Position numbers and translations under genes: made by a program | Shown: piece after piece, positions 1 through 14,030 of the stretch | Numbering within the stretch: the stretch's first letter is position 1 | How the letters are laid out: every line of letters starts with the position of its first letter | Assembly (NCBI GenBank): GCA_951406725.2 | Contig: OX597815.1 | Span: 87,296,001 to 87,360,000, forward strand | Direction: 5' to 3' | From: Octopus vulgaris | Taxonomy: Eukaryota | DNA: 64,000 bases | The notes under the pieces: model-generated | Databases searched by the model: none | What the model saw: only the letters and a program-made list of their open reading frames with translations | Told to the model about the DNA's origin: nothing

Positions 1-704
1 AGCTTGACAACAACTATCACAACATAGAAATGGTTTCGAAATTTCATCTATGAGACAAGAAACTAGTTGACAAAAGGGGAGATAACTCAATAATTCCTAA
101 CGATGTGCAAGACAAACAGCATGTGCCTTAGTAGAAATAGTTCTTTAAAAAAAATCAGTTCACTTTTTTTTTCTCCACCCCCACCCCCCACTTTATTGAT
201 CCTTAAAAGCATGTGTTCTTTGTTGCTGTGTATTCCAGATGACAAAGATCACAATTAGTGCCAATATCTATCCAACCCATTCCATCCTAGCATGGCAATG
301 GTATCCTCATCATTACTGTTTTGTTTGTTTTCCATACTACCAAGAGTTGGATAAAAGTTCATATCTGAATGGTATTGACTAACTTTTGAAGTTGTTGTTT
401 AGCACTGACCAAATTAACTGATGCATAAAACAACTACATTTTACAATACAGTGGCGTAATTATACTGCTAGTCACTGTGGAGATCACAAGGCTTGATAAG
501 TTTGTAGACAATTTGTGAGAGGAAACATGTTGCCCTTAAGGCTTTTTTGTTTACCTAATATGTACTGCAATTCAAAAGCAAGATGAGAATGTTATACTTA
601 AAAGGACTACATAATCCAAGTATTGTTCTCCTTTTTTCCAAATTATAAGGAGGAATTTGGAGATTTGGCAGCCACTGGTAGCAAGTTTAGTGACCACAAT
701 CATA

Positions 705-1035
705 TTTCATCAGTTTGACTGGCTAGGGTGTTGCAGTCACGATCATGACAGCACTTAATTTTTTTTTTTCAAGCTTGATACTTATTCTACCAGTCTCTTT
801 TGCAGAATTGCTAAGTTATGGGGACATAAACACACCAACACCAGTTATCAAGGGGGTGGGGGAAGCAAACACAAAACCACACACATATGTACAGAACAAG
901 TTTCTTTCAGTCTCCATCTACCAAATCCACTCAAGGCTTTGGTTAGCCTGAGGTTACAATAGAAGACATTTATCTATATCATGCAGTGAGACTGAACCCA
1001 GAACCATGTGGTTAGGAAACAAACTTTCTACCTCC
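705..1035 (-). mobile_element. tRNA-derived SINE, family A (octopus OR-like, CORE-like centre), degraded copy
   Basis: Reverse-complement match to the copies at 38062, 44028 and 50062 (ccacatggttc.gggttcagtc.cactgc, gagtggatttggtagatggagactgaaaga, ccccataacttagc). Confidence 0.85.
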
Positions 1036-1371
1036 TTAGACAGAATCAGCAGTCACAGAAGGAGAGAGAGTCTTTCATTTTACAACTTTTAAATTGAATA
1101 GCAGTACAGAGTAAGTGAACTTAAAGAAGGAAATGTTTCCTGCCACTAAGAGCCTACAACTACAAGCTTCTCACAGTGTAGCCTTCTGGCCTCTACAACA
1201 ATAGCTAGCAGTATAATAATGCTTATTTTAGCTTATTTTATGCATATCACAAAGCTTTATAGAAAGGGAAACTTACTAAAGAGAGAGAGAGGGGGATGTG
1301 TGTGAGTGTGAGCACACATACATGGACAAAAGAGCAAGTACATACAAACACCCACATCATAATTACAGCCC

Positions 1372-1530
1372 ACCAGATGGCCTTCCACATAGTTTTCATC
1401 TACTCCAATTTCACTCACAAAGCTTGGGTTGATCTGAGGCTATCACAGAAGACATTTATCAAACATGCTAAGCACTGGGATTGAACCAGGAACCCTGTGA
1501 TTGTGAAGCAAACTTCTTAATGACATAACC
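1372..1530 (-). mobile_element. SINE family A, 5' part only
   Basis: tttcatctactccaatttcactcacaaagcttggg...gaagacatt...ctgggattgaaccaggaacc.tgtg matches the reverse complement of the family A head. Confidence 0.75.
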
Positions 1531-2551
1531 TTGTTACCCAGTCATATGTTGACTATGCTTGAAGATTATATCATGAGTAAAAAAGCATGTGGAATACTCA
1601 GCCACTTACACTAAACTTTATCAGGTGGGTAGTTCCATTAATCATAACCACTGGAAACTTATTTGTCAAAATCAACAGCATCAGAGTCCATATATAGAAT
1701 AATGTTTAATCATTTCCTCCTTTTTACACTTTATTTCATATTCAAGGAATCTTGCATGCAGTAGTTACTCATGTTATAAAGTGGGAGATAAACAAAACTA
1801 ACATTCCTTGACACAGTCCTCAACACACTGACAAAGCACACAAACTATGAAGGTAACTGTAGTTAACCATTAAACAATTTCAAATCCAGTAATGATGGCT
1901 TTATCAACTAAGTCATTCCCATGATCTCCTTCTCATGATGTTCATTCAGAAAATGAAGCTGAGGCCTTAAAATATAGGTGGGCTAAGGAAAATGTTTTGT
2001 TTCAAACTAACGTAAAAGATTAATAAGGAAAAAGGAACAGTCATTAATTTTAAAATAATAATAATAATAATAATAACAAATACATGAACACTATCACATT
2101 TTCAGTATAACACAGTATGTATGTATGTGTACCCAGTGTAAAACAGTACACCAAGCTGTGGCTTTTTATGCTGAATGGTTAACTTAGCCATTCGATAAAT
2201 ACAGATTATTGAAATAAGGACAAGCTGAAATAAATACATGAGTCAAAATAATTGACTACAATCCCTTGGTGGTAGCCCACCCACACCTCACTATTCACAT
2301 GATTGCAGTCCAATAGTTGAAACTAGTAACAAAATATAAGAACATTATTTGAGCTCAATATAATTTCAAACATTTCTTTCACACACACATAATGTACTAG
2401 ATACATAAGAGAAAGGAGAAAGTGAGATCACAATGGTCATGCTTTTCCTAAGAGCATTTGTAACATAAGTGAAATAACTACAACCTAGAAGTAAAATTCA
2501 ATTCTGAACTCAACCTATCTACCTGGAATTTATTTCTACAGACCTTGCATC

Positions 2552-2757
2552 CAATTGACTGGCCTTCATGCCGGTGGAATGTAAAAAGCACCCACTACAC
2601 TCTGTGAATAGTTGGCATTAAGAAGGGCATCCAGCTGTCAAAACTTTGCCAGATCAGATTGGAGCCTGGTACAGCCTTCTGGCTCGCCAGCCCTCAGTCA
2701 AACTGTTCAACCCATGCCAGCATGGAAAGCAGATATTAAACGATGATGATGATGATG
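2552..2757 (+). mobile_element. RTE-related 3' module with (GAT)n tail
   Basis: aaaagcacccactacactct...gttggcattaagaagggcatccagctgt...aacccatgccagcatggaaagcagatattaaacgatgatgatg. The same module follows RTE ORF remnants at 10717 and 47505. Confidence 0.85.
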
Positions 2758-2959
2758 TTCCAATTTCAACGGAGAAACATTTCATTCTACTTATATATAC
2801 TGAACAGCTAATATGATACCGTAAGAAGCAGTTGTGGAGTTATAGGTTAATATCCTTTCACTAATACTGTGGCCAAGACACTTAACCTAGCTCTAAGTAG
2901 GCACCATAACAGCACTAACATAATATTAATGAGTACAAGCTGAAACAGAAGTATCTACA

Positions 2960-3125
2960 GGGTCTTTCAACCTGTTAAAAATAGCAGCCAATTCTTCCTT
3001 GTACAACTGGAAAATATAACCTGAAATACCTTGTCTGGAAAAAAAAAAAAGAATAGGATCATCACAACTGCTGCACTTTTGATCATAGGTCAACTTGATC
3101 AAGGATGACCTGACGTTAAATAATA
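2960..3125 (+). repeat. Old interspersed repeat (probable SINE 3' region). Related copies near 19545-19810(-), 22675-22810(-), 32340-32530(+), 37415-37560(+) and 53175-53385(-)
   Basis: Shared motifs cctgctagaaatagcagccaaatctccctcaaat and tttgatcataggtctgct are seen in several places on both strands. Confidence 0.65.
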
Positions 3126-4311
3126 GAAATATTAATGAATGTTTTGTTAAAGTCTGAAGAAGACAATAGAAGTGACGTCCTTGAATAACTCCATTAAAAA
3201 AAACTGGTTCCACAATCCAACAATGTTACTACAACCACTAGGTATGTCACATCTTCCTTTTTCTTAGCTATAAACTGTTTTCAAATAATTAACAAGTAAA
3301 ATGAGATCAGCATCAGTTGTTGTGTCAGTAGAAACCTACAATCTAGTTTCAATTCCAAATAGGAACTGCTATACTTTATTGTGATAATTGTTTAAAGGAA
3401 ATTGCAATTATTTTCTGGATATTATAACTTTACAGAGGAGAATGATGCTTCATGGGGTCTAACTCAGTATCAGGGCCCATTAACTTAATGAAACAGACTG
3501 TTTCTTTAAGTAGGATATACAGAAGAGATAAAACTGATATAAGAAAAATATGTAAAACAATTAAAAATCAACTAGCTTTGTACACAAATATATACACATG
3601 TTGGCATGTAATATATATTGCTTTTTGTTATTTTCCAAATAGAAATATTAATCATTCTGGCAACCTGGTTCCCATAGAGAATCTGTAAAGAGCTGAAGGG
3701 AATAAAATAGGATCAAAATCTGGAAATATGGTCTGTAGTTCAGTGATCAACACTAAAAATACTTGAAATACTAATTAGTACTAGAAAACAAAATCTGACT
3801 CCAACTGTAAAGGCTTAAAAGAATAAGTAGATAACTAGTCTTTACAAAAACTGGATATATAAAAAATGCTGTGGGATCTATGAGAGACCGACAGAAAACT
3901 AGATACACTACAATAGTCAAAAAGAGGAGATGGGAGCCCCAAGAAATGATGTCAATAAATTAGTTGCTTGCTTGTTTCTGTGACATAAATTAGCTAAATA
4001 ATGCTAGAGACATAAATAGTGAGAAGATAACAGCAAGAATAATAAAGATATGCAAGGAGTTCCAGGAACTATTACCTCTTCTAGCAACAAAACTATTCTT
4101 TCTTCATGCAAATGGTAGATTTATGAAACATGTAAAAAAGTACAATACCACACTGTGGTATGTAAGATAAGAGCACTAAATGTGGAAGATCTGTGTATGC
4201 CAATGAGTTAAGTTTGGTGTGTGCAAAAGAGACGAGTGCACCAATATGAACATGTGGTGATATGAATGGACAAAGAGTACCAAGCAAAAAGTATGTTCTG
4301 TACTGACATTA

Positions 4312-6454
4312 GAATATATAGTAATAGGTAAGTCAGTTTTTTATTCAAATATTTGCATGGAAAGTCACATGGAACTTATTTACTGAACCATCAGGAATCT
4401 AGGCCTGAAATGTGCACCATAAATCAGCAAACAATTGAGAGTGTAGGGCATATCAGTTATGCTACTATGAAATCTGTATGCTGATACTGTAAACAGATAT
4501 ATGTTGTTGACATCACACACAAAAACAAACACAACCACTTAAGTAGAGTTTGATTCTGTTACAAAACAAACATACTTATGATTATACACATTAGTCTGAA
4601 CTTCTTTGTATATGCACCAAAAGTGTTAAGAAATTAATTCTACTTCTGATTAGAAAAAGAGACAAAAAAAAAACAATGAGCACTTAAGGCAGAACAACAA
4701 ACGAAGAGGCTGGTTTTAAGTTGTGTGTTATTGAATATGTTGAAGTATATAGACAACAATGGAAGTAATGAGAGAGAGCTTTATGGGTTGGAAAAATTAG
4801 GAAGGGATTGACAGAAACAAAAGGAAACACTCAAGAAAATGCCAAAAATGAACACAGTTAAATGCTGTAGTGTCTTTCCATATAAGAAACTGGAAAAAGA
4901 TTTATATACTTGGGTATGTTACCATCTGAAAGGACTTGCTATCACCCCCATGGCTATCAGAATAAAAGTATTATAGCTTTTCAGAGACATAAGTAAATAA
5001 AATATTATTCAAAAGTTCCATGCTTCAGCTAAATGGTTTATGAGACTTCTACAGAGAAATATGAAAGCACTGCATAAGTAAACCCATATTTCACAAAAAT
5101 TACCAAAGAGTATGGAGAATATAAACTACACAATTCCATAAATTTATAATCATTTGACGCAGACATGGATATGTATTGTCAACAAAAAGAAACAGGAATA
5201 AAGCTCCAATATTTTATTAACCTGCATGGTAATACCAGTGAACTTTTTAGAAAAACAGCACTATTAGTGTTAGCTGGACAAGAATGGCAACATTTTACAG
5301 TTTTAGGATGCATAGCTGATGGTATAAAACTTAAATCAATGGTAATACTTGAAAGAAAAAGTATATCAAAGGAAAAATATTCACATGGTATATTTGCTGA
5401 AGTTTACCTAAAGGAGTGACGAAGGTATTAAATACATGTTTGGTTGGATGAAAAAAAAATAACTAAAGAATCAACATTGTTTTGTATATGAGATTAATTC
5501 TATCTCATTTGAGTGAATCTGCAAAGATAAAATTACAGGAAAATGAAACAAGACAGGAAGTCATCTCTAGAGATTCCACTGCCACTAGACATTTCACTAA
5601 ATAAGTTATTTAAAATACACATAAGGAAATTGTGAAACATAAGGAAAGTATCTGAAAACCAGGAACTAACAAGGACAATGGCTTTCAAACTCCCAAATAT
5701 TGCTGTGCAATGGGTTTAAGAAGCATGAGAAAGTACTTCAAGTAAATGATGAAATTTTTTCAAATGTATGACAGTTCCAATGAAATGAGTAGAATAGAAT
5801 ATGAATTGCTATTTAAGGAGCTTTTAGGTCAATAGAATGAACATGTGCCCAACACAGGTAGCAGTTTGACTAACAGACAAAGATTATGATAAAAATGGAA
5901 TTTGCTATGATAATGAGATTATGTGAATGTTTGAGAGAAACAATGAGGACAATGTTAAAGATTTGGGAGCAATAATTGACGATACAGTCTCACCAACAAT
6001 CACAAAAACATTGTCTGGACATAGTAAATGCCATTTTAATAAAGTTCATCAAAATCAATTCCTTAATTTTACTTCATTCTAACCCAGTTGCATCAATTTA
6101 CATATATGCACACCTGTACGGTCTCTAAGTTAATGCCATGTACACTCTAAGCTAATGCCAATTGGATACTGCATAATATCAGTTGGCAATCAGAATTGGC
6201 AATTTAAAATTATCTCTTTATTCTAGAAATAGATCATAGAAATATACTGCCTAGTTCCAGGATTTTACTAGGCTGTATTGGCAATAATAGAGATTGTTTC
6301 AGTTAAATATACTTATTACTTAAATGCTGCTGTAAATGAAGTTGCAAGCAGTATTCATGAAAAGTGACATGCAATTTATTGCCCTAAGCTAAAACATAAA
6401 CACAGAAATTATGCAAATTATTTACTGCAACAACTTATGTACAAGTATATGATA
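4312..6454 (+). mobile_element. Degraded pogo/POGK-like DNA transposon (Tc1/mariner/pogo superfamily)
   Basis: Disrupted frames give AGFKLCVIEYVE (Brinker-like HTH), LEKDLYTWV...ITPMAIRIK...FHASAKWFMRLLQRN...SQKLPK (CENP-B-type HTH) and GQEWQHFTVLGCIADGIKLKSMVILERK (DDE_1-like, ORF 5165-5419). Termini are degenerate and approximate. Confidence 0.8.
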
Positions 6455-6822
6455 CTAAAGTAGGAAAAGTCAAGGAAGACATGGAAGTGGTAAAGTTTGG
6501 CCTGAAGATGCTTGATTTCACAAAGAAAATGATGCAGAATAAAGAATGGTAATATGTAATCCAGCCAACTCATAGCAGCATGGAAACAAAATGAATGTAA
6601 AGAAATGGAAGAGGATCTACAAATACATCACAAAATCATTCTCATTCATTCAGTATTTAGTTTTGGTTTAAAAAGTAAACTTCTCAAATACTTTTTGTTG
6701 ACTCCTGCTCAACATGTAAGATATTATATGTGCTACCACTTTACTAAGCACTTCATAATGAAAACACCCTTCCTTTCCTATTCAAAAATAGAGTTAGCAA
6801 GAACTTCAGTTGTTTTAAATTA

Positions 6823-7446
6823 CAGATACTGAATACTTAACAAGCTTCCAGTAATCTGGATAATCCAGAAAACGAGTTCTTTTAAAAACCATCTAGTTTT
6901 GAATTTAGTAGTTACAGCTGTGTTCATTATGCGACTACTTTTTCTAGTGTTTTCTGTGGCCTATCATGTTTTCTGAATGTTATCTGCCTTTTACAGTTTT
7001 ATTTAATTGCTTTTGTCATAAAGTAATATTTTTGATATGGTTTTGTTCAGAAATGACAGTTTTACAACATGCAAGTAATTAATCATAACAATGAAATAGA
7101 TTAATTTAAGAAGCACTAAGACTCAGGATATGGATGTTAAGCATATCATGTATTAATTTATACCTGTATCTATTAAGTGAAATTATATTCATTACTATTT
7201 TTCACTTAATTTTCATCCTATATTGGTTTAACAGGCTTTCTTTACAGGTATTTTAAGAAATTTAAACAAATTAATAGAGATCAAACAGACCTTGCTTCAG
7301 AAATGTATTAATTTGTACTTGTTGAATACAAGTTTTATCCTTTGCTTATCATTGTTTATTTTTATTCTGAAGATATACTTCGCCTGTATCCAGAAATCCA
7401 GACAAACTCCTATCCCAGGCTTGCCAGATAAATGGTTTGGTACCTG
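6823..7446. mobile_element. Probable Tigger-like non-autonomous DNA element
   Basis: TA|cagatactgaatacttaac at the left and gataaatggtttggtacctg|TA at the right form degenerate inverted termini, with subterminal atccagaaa/tctggat motifs. Confidence 0.45.
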
Positions 7447-8321
7447 TATTATGATTCTGGCTTTGTTGGAATACTGTCACAATGTTGCAGCACTACCACA
7501 GCATTCTAGTTAAGTCAACTTACAGTCTCATCTTATTTATTAACTTGTACTTCCATACTTTTCAACATTTTAATATAAAGGCTAATCTGTTTCCTGGTCA
7601 CAAAAAATCATTGAACCAGCATTTAACTTTAGCTTCTCTGACAAAAAATACCCATCCTCCCTACAAGTGGGGTGCTGATCCATCATAAACTCAGTACTGC
7701 AAGCCAACGAAATCTTATTTCCACAGTGCTGCAACTGCTCAAAGTAATAAATAGTACCATTCACAGTATCTACTTAAGGATAAGTGGAATTAGCCACTAA
7801 GAGGTGTTTGACCATGACTGTAATGTAGAGCCAATAACAGGATATGAATACAGAGTTTGGTCAGTGTTCTGTTAACCCTGTGATCACTCCTCTTTGGGAA
7901 AAATTATATTAAAATAAGTGATCAACTGCGCAAGGATTGAACCAGGTTTTTTAAAGTACTTTCAGTTACAAAACAATTTTATCTTTAAGTATTTGTATGT
8001 ATGGGGCTACCAACACTGGAATGGAATAGGAGGAAGAATCACAAGAGTTGCTGCAACAGGAGCAGTGCATGAAGCTACTAAGCTAACCACAGTGTTAGTA
8101 AAGATGCATGCAACAGCATGGACTCTGCTAAAAACACCCAAGGACCAACAAGTGGTGTTAAACCTGGTAACATATAATCTGCTAGTACTGTCCATCCAAC
8201 AAGTCTACCCAATTTCATACACAAGGCTGGGACCACCAAAGCTTTAGTAGGTATTTCTTGCTTAACCTAAGGTGAGCTTTGAATGAGCAGATCTAATATT
8301 TAAAAACATTCCAGCTATGAC

Positions 8322-8322
<1 letters not shown>

Positions 8323-8416
<94 letters not shown>

Positions 8417-8418
8417 TC
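8323..8418. repeat. (CT)n microsatellite
   Basis: Direct reading. Confidence 0.98.
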
Positions 8419-9264
8419 CGTATTTCAGTGTTACCCAATGTGTTCTTTTTTTTCTTTTTAAGTGGGGAGAGAGAGATTTGTTTGTTATTTCTTACAGGTG
8501 AATAACTATGTAAGAGGCCTACCCTGTTGGGTTGTTAGTTATGTTCATCATCTGTATAGGTATACTGTGTAGATATATGTGCCATTTTGGTATATGTGCA
8601 TGAGGATGTATGATGAGTTATACTAAGCAGATATGTGCTTGGCAAGTGAGTTTATGGGTTATGCATTGTTGTGGGCACATGTCTTGTGAGAATAAGTGTA
8701 TGTTCATTATATGATTGTGTGTGGTGGGGAGGAGTATGGTTACATGCTGAGAGGTTAAAAAGTCTGCTTCACAATCATATGGCTCTTGGATATGAGATGG
8801 AGTTCAATGGAAAGAGGCATCCAGTAGAAAATAAAATGGTGAGGGATGATATTGAGGATGTGGCATGATTGACAAAGGAAGTTGTGCCAAGGAGAAGGTT
8901 AACAGGTAGCACAAAAGTGGCAATACAATATGTCCAATTATCAAGTACAGCAAATCACCAATCAACTCACTCCTCGTTATATCCTCTGTAAGGAGATAAC
9001 AAGGTCAGTCTTCATTACTTCATCCCACATCTTAGTCTCCCTTTTCCTCAAGTTTCATCCACATTTAGTGATTAGCACTTCTTTATGCAAATGTTCTCCT
9101 ACACATCATATAATCATGCTAGCAGTCTTCTCTCTTGCATACATTTTATGCTTCTTATGCCCAATTTTTCTCTCAGCACATTTGCATGTTGTCATACCCA
9201 AAACATGAAGTTGCAATGTATATGATTGCATACTTACATGCGTGTGAATATACTTATGCTTATC

Positions 9265-9405
9265 TTTATCATTTGATGTCCATTTTCCATACTGGCATGG
9301 GTTGGATGATGTTTGACAGGAGTTGGCAAATCAGAAAGCTACACCAAGCTCTACTGTCTGCTTTGGCATGATTTCTACATCGGGATACCCTTCCTAACAC
9401 CAATG
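9265..9405 (-). mobile_element. RTE-related 3' module, inverted and degraded
   Basis: gtccattttccatactggcatgggttggatg...cccttcctaacaccaa is the reverse complement of the module at 2552. Confidence 0.75.
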
Positions 9406-9987
9406 CCACACACACACACACATCATCATCATCAATATTTTACATCCACCTTCCCAGCTAGCATAGTTTGGGCTAAGCAACAGCAACAACAAAGAGGGGA
9501 AATATCAAACTTACAACCATACTTACCCAACCAATTAAAAACAAATTAGTTTTTACCTCGTGAACTTCCAAAGTACATTTAGTACATTTGTAAAATTACA
9601 TATAAATCTAAAACCTAACTGTCTAGTATTCATAAATAAGTTTACCTCATAATATCTGGAAATTTAGATATAAATCAAGAATCAAAAGTAACAAACAGGT
9701 TGTGAAAGTAACCCAGGTATACAATTTATATACAATAATAATAATAGACTATTTAGTGCATACTTCTAGTACTTCTTTTGTTATACGTTGAAAATCTTGA
9801 TATATTTCTAGATTCTTTTTTTAAACCTTGAGAATAAAAAGATTTGATTTGACAGTTATATTTAAAGTCCTGTACATCCTTTATAGATCTCAAAAAGTGT
9901 GTTTTTATTTGCCACAGCCATCACCATAGACTTCCTGTTGGCCTTGTTTATTAATTGTTTCAAACTAGGTTCATTCTAAAGATAGTA

Positions 9988-10362
9988 TTAATTACCTCCA
10001 CCTTAGCAAAGGTGGAGGTATTGTTTTCAGTCATATTTGTTTGTTTGTTTGTCTGTGGGCAAAATATTTCAAGAACTGCTGGATGGATTCGGATGAAACT
10101 TTCAGGCATATTTGGCCTCATGACTAGCACAAACTGATTAGATTTTGGGATCGATCCAGTACCGGACAAAGATTCCGGATTATTTTTCCTGCTCTTTGTT
10201 ACTTAATTTTTGAGAGCAGGTTGGTTCATTTTAGTATTCTCTTTTGTGAGAGCAGTCAAGTTTATTTCATATATTCTCATTTTAAAAATCATCTCCAGTC
10301 AATCGTTGAGAGGAGGTTGGTGTTGCCTTGGCAGAGATTTGCACCCTGTGAGTGCTCTTGTT
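9988..10362 (+). mobile_element. Helentron-type non-autonomous element (HINE/DINE-1-like)
   Basis: 5' inverted repeat tacctccacctt-agca-aaggtggaggta (9993-10020), (GTTT/GTCT)n tract, core ggattcggatgaaacttt, 3' sub-terminal repeat ccttggcagag, short hairpin gcac-cctgtga-gtgc and T-rich ends. Confidence 0.75.
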
Positions 10363-10535
10363 ATTGAAATTAGTGATTTCAGTCACTGGACTTTGGTCAT
10401 GCAGAAGCACCAACTTAAAAGGTTTAGTAGATCATATTGATACTAAGACTTCAGTGTAAGCAATTATTTTATCAATCTACTTGTCAAACCACTAAGTTAC
10501 AAAACATAAAAAGGACTCAACATAAAAACTTTATG

Positions 10536-10572
<37 letters not shown>

Positions 10573-10716
10573 CAATTTTAAAAATGATAAGAGAATCAAT
10601 AATATAGGTGACTGCAGTTCCCCACCAAAAAAAAAAAAAAAAAGCATTAACTAGCTGGAGGATCAAAATTAACCAAAGGACATACTTAGTATGTCCTTTG
10701 GTTAATTTTATATATG

Positions 10717-11426
10717 TACCTCTGTTCACAACCAAAGGTTTCCCTCTGTGAATGAAGGGAAGATTGTATGATGCATGTGTACATACCGTGATGCTGCATG
10801 GTGGTGAGATGTGGGCTCTGAATGCAGAGGACATGCAAAGGCTGGTGAAGAACAAAGCTGGTCAGCTCTGCTGGATGTGTGAAGTCAGTGTGCATGTGCA
10901 ACAGTGCATTGGTGTATTGAGGGAGGAGTTGGACATAAGAGGAATTATATGCAGTCTGCAAGAGAGGAGACTGTGCTGGTTTGGTCATGTAATGCGAATG
11001 GATGAAGACAGCTGCATAAAGAGTGTCAATCACTTAAAATGAAGGGAAGCTGTAATAAAGGGAGACCCTGGAAGACATGGGACAAAGTTTTGAAGGCTGA
11101 TCTCAAAATGCTGAACCTTATGAAAGAGATGACAGTGAATTGAGTTATGTGGCACATTGTTCTACTTGAGAAGATCCACCACAACAGAATTGAGATCCTA
11201 AAACCAAGGTGCCATGTAAAAAGCACTGGCGTTGATACCTCTTAAAAACCACCTGTGATGGTGCCACATAGAAAAGCACCCAGTTCACTCTGTGGAGTGG
11301 TTGGCATTAGGAAGGGCATCCAGCCATAGAAACCAAGCCAAAACAGGCTATGGAACCTGATGTGGCCCCTGACCTTACGAGTTCCTGTGAAGCCATCCAA
11401 CCCATACCAGCATGGAAAATGGACAT

Positions 11427-11456
<30 letters not shown>
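10717..11456 (+). mobile_element. RTE-clade LINE, 5'-truncated (post-RT C-terminus, 3' UTR and (GAT)n tail)
   Basis: ORF 10752-11042 reads KGRLYDACVHTVMLHGGEMWAL...LQERRLCWFGHVMRMDEDSCIK, then GRPWKTW after a frameshift. These are RTE C-terminal motifs (YGxETW, RRLRWFGHV.R, GRP..TW). Confidence 0.92.
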
Positions 11457-11457
<1 letters not shown>

Positions 11458-11959
11458 CAAAGAACATCTTGCTGTGTGCATGCATGCGTGTGTGTATGTA
11501 TATACATATCTTGAGCATTATATATATATATAAAGATTTGCTCCAACATTAAACAATGTTCAAAATAGCAAAACCATCCTATTCACGACAGCTAGGAAAA
11601 CAGGATGTTATAAGGAAGGATAGGGGGAAAAGTCTAGGAAAGAAAAATTATATACATGATCAAATATGACCAGAAGCAAGTTATTGACAAGATAACCAAG
11701 ACAATGTCAGATTAAATGAGATCAAGGAAGTTGCAAATGATCTGAATGCAGATACAGTAACAATTCACAGTGATCTGGATTAATGAACCTAAATCGTCAG
11801 CTGCTGCTTCTTTCTCTCTCAACAAAGTATAAATTACTTATGACTAATCCATAACTTGACATGAGACTGCTTTTTCTGCTTTTATTTATATTTCATTTAG
11901 ATCATTCTGATAGTGTTAACACCACACATTAAATACAGTTATGATTTGCCTTTGACCAA

Positions 11960-12100
11960 AGTGATCAACTGGTACTTGTTTTATCAACCCTGAATGGATA
12001 AACAGCAAAGTCACTCTCGGTGGAATTTGAACTCAGAACATAAAGAGCTAAAAGAAATGCTGAGCATTTTATCCATGTTAACAACTCTGCCAGCTTGCCA
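11960..12100 (-). mobile_element. tRNA-derived SINE family B (Meta-domain-like), partial
   Basis: caactggtacttgttttatcaaccc...ggaatttgaactcagaac...ctgccagct, as in the copies at 13821 and 21394. Confidence 0.75.
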
Positions 12101-13820
12101 TCTCACAATGAAATTAAATAATGAAAGACATTTTAATCTAGCAACCTACCATATTTGTCAACTTATTATCTTAATTAATGATGTATAGGAACAAAGTTAC
12201 AAATTGATAATAAAAGAGAATAAGAACTTGTAACATTTGTGCATTTCCAAGATGACAAATTTCATTCACCAGTAACTATGTACATAAGGCTTTCTAATAA
12301 TAATGATTCTTTCTTACAAAACGATGTGGGTGATTGTAGTGGTAAACAAGGTTAGTGATCACAGTGGTGAACAAGGCAGTGAACAATGGTAAACAAGGTA
12401 ATGTGTGATCAGTGTTCATTATAATGATGTTAAAAATGGCAGTCTGGAGGAAGAGGAAGTAACCTTTTCATCATTTCTCATATTACATCCTCATTTTTGT
12501 CGTTCTTAAATTAATCAATGGCAGACAGGCAATGCCCATTAACTTGCAGAATTTCCCAGAACCAATTTAAACATTTGTCTTCAGACCAATGTGCACAGGT
12601 AAAAAAAAAAGGTGATATGGAAACTAAATGTTTTGAATGCTTGCAGCAGGATGAACCCCACTTAAGATACTCATGGACCAAATCTTGATATTATATTGCA
12701 TAGCAAGTTGTGTATACCACACATTGATATTCAGTAAATATTAGCAGGTTAGTGTCTATAAGAAAAATGTAAACTGGAATCAGAGTTTGCAATTCTGAGA
12801 AAGGAGACAGAGAGCAGAGTATTGAAAATGGGATTTGGAACATGAGAGACAGTAGGAGTGATGAGAGCACAGAGCACCTTTGACAGAAATAATATAAGAA
12901 AATGGAGCACAAAACTAAATGGCACTCAATGTATGAAGTTTAATAGTTTACAGGTCAAGATTGGATCCCAAAATATAAAAATAAATTGATAAATGTTATT
13001 TTTAAAACAACCATGTTATAAAGAAATGTCAATAGGAAATTGCTCTGTTCAGACTTTTAGTAAAAGTCTGAACACAATATAAGTGAAAAGTTCTAGCTAA
13101 GGACTAAACCTTGTAAGAAAGTCAATTCTCAAAAACTTATCAATATACTTGACATTCCATTACCACAATGATTTCTAGCATAGGTACAAAGTAATGAATA
13201 CATCCAAGATGTGAACATAATCATTAGAATTAACTCCTGTATTTGATGCAAACTAAATGTCTTCTACTCTGGAAAACTGGAAATCAGAATTCACTTCAGC
13301 TGGATTTAAAGTCAGAAGATAAAGCGTCATAGCAAAAAACCACAAAGTATTATCTCCAACACTACTTCATAATAATATAGCCAACTTCTTAATGATAGTA
13401 CAATTTAGTCATGTAGACATAATACATTAAATATACAGGAAGAGAAGAGGTAGCCATGTAATTCTAAAAAGGTATGAAGAAAAGTAATTTTCAATAGCTG
13501 TTTGATTCAACTGATGGTGGTGGTGGTGGTGGTAGTGGTTATGATGACAACAATGACAATGTCAACCATAACAATGATGATAGCAGTAGCAGTGGTAGTG
13601 ATACTGAAAACAATCAAAAGTCACATGGAAATAGTTTTGTGAGTAAAGAGTCAAAAGGACAGAAATATTCATTTAAATAGATTAGTAAAGAAACTTAATG
13701 TAAATTTTATATTTAATAGTTTATCTCATAGAGAGTGTCCTGTATGTATGGTAACAACATTTAAACAGGTTTTACACTTGAAACACTGAAGAGGCATGAT
13801 ACAAATAATATCCTACAAAT

Positions 13821-14030
13821 ATTTCAAATTTTGGCATAAGACCAGTAAGTCAAGGGGGAGGGTGCAAGTCGATTACGTTGACCCCAGCACTTAACTGATA
13901 CTTATTTTATCAATCCTGAGAGGATGAAAGTCAAAGTCAATCTCAGCAGAATTTGAACACAAAATGTGAAGACAAACAAAAAGCTGCTAAGCATTTCGCT
14001 CAGTGTGCTAACAATTCCGCCAGCTCACTG
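13821..14030 (-). mobile_element. tRNA-derived SINE family B (Meta-domain-like)
   Basis: The reverse complement starts gtgagctggcggaattgttagcac (A-box-like), has gttcaaattctgc (B-box-like), then ttgactttgactttcatcctctcaggattgataaaataagtatcag, resembling the recalled MetaSINE central domain. Confidence 0.8.

Noticed and set aside
7918-8247. 109-aa plus-strand ORF and overlapping 62-aa minus-strand ORF
   Set aside because: No recognisable domain or convincing splice sites. It is not the expected MAPEV exon and is probably a decayed repeat.
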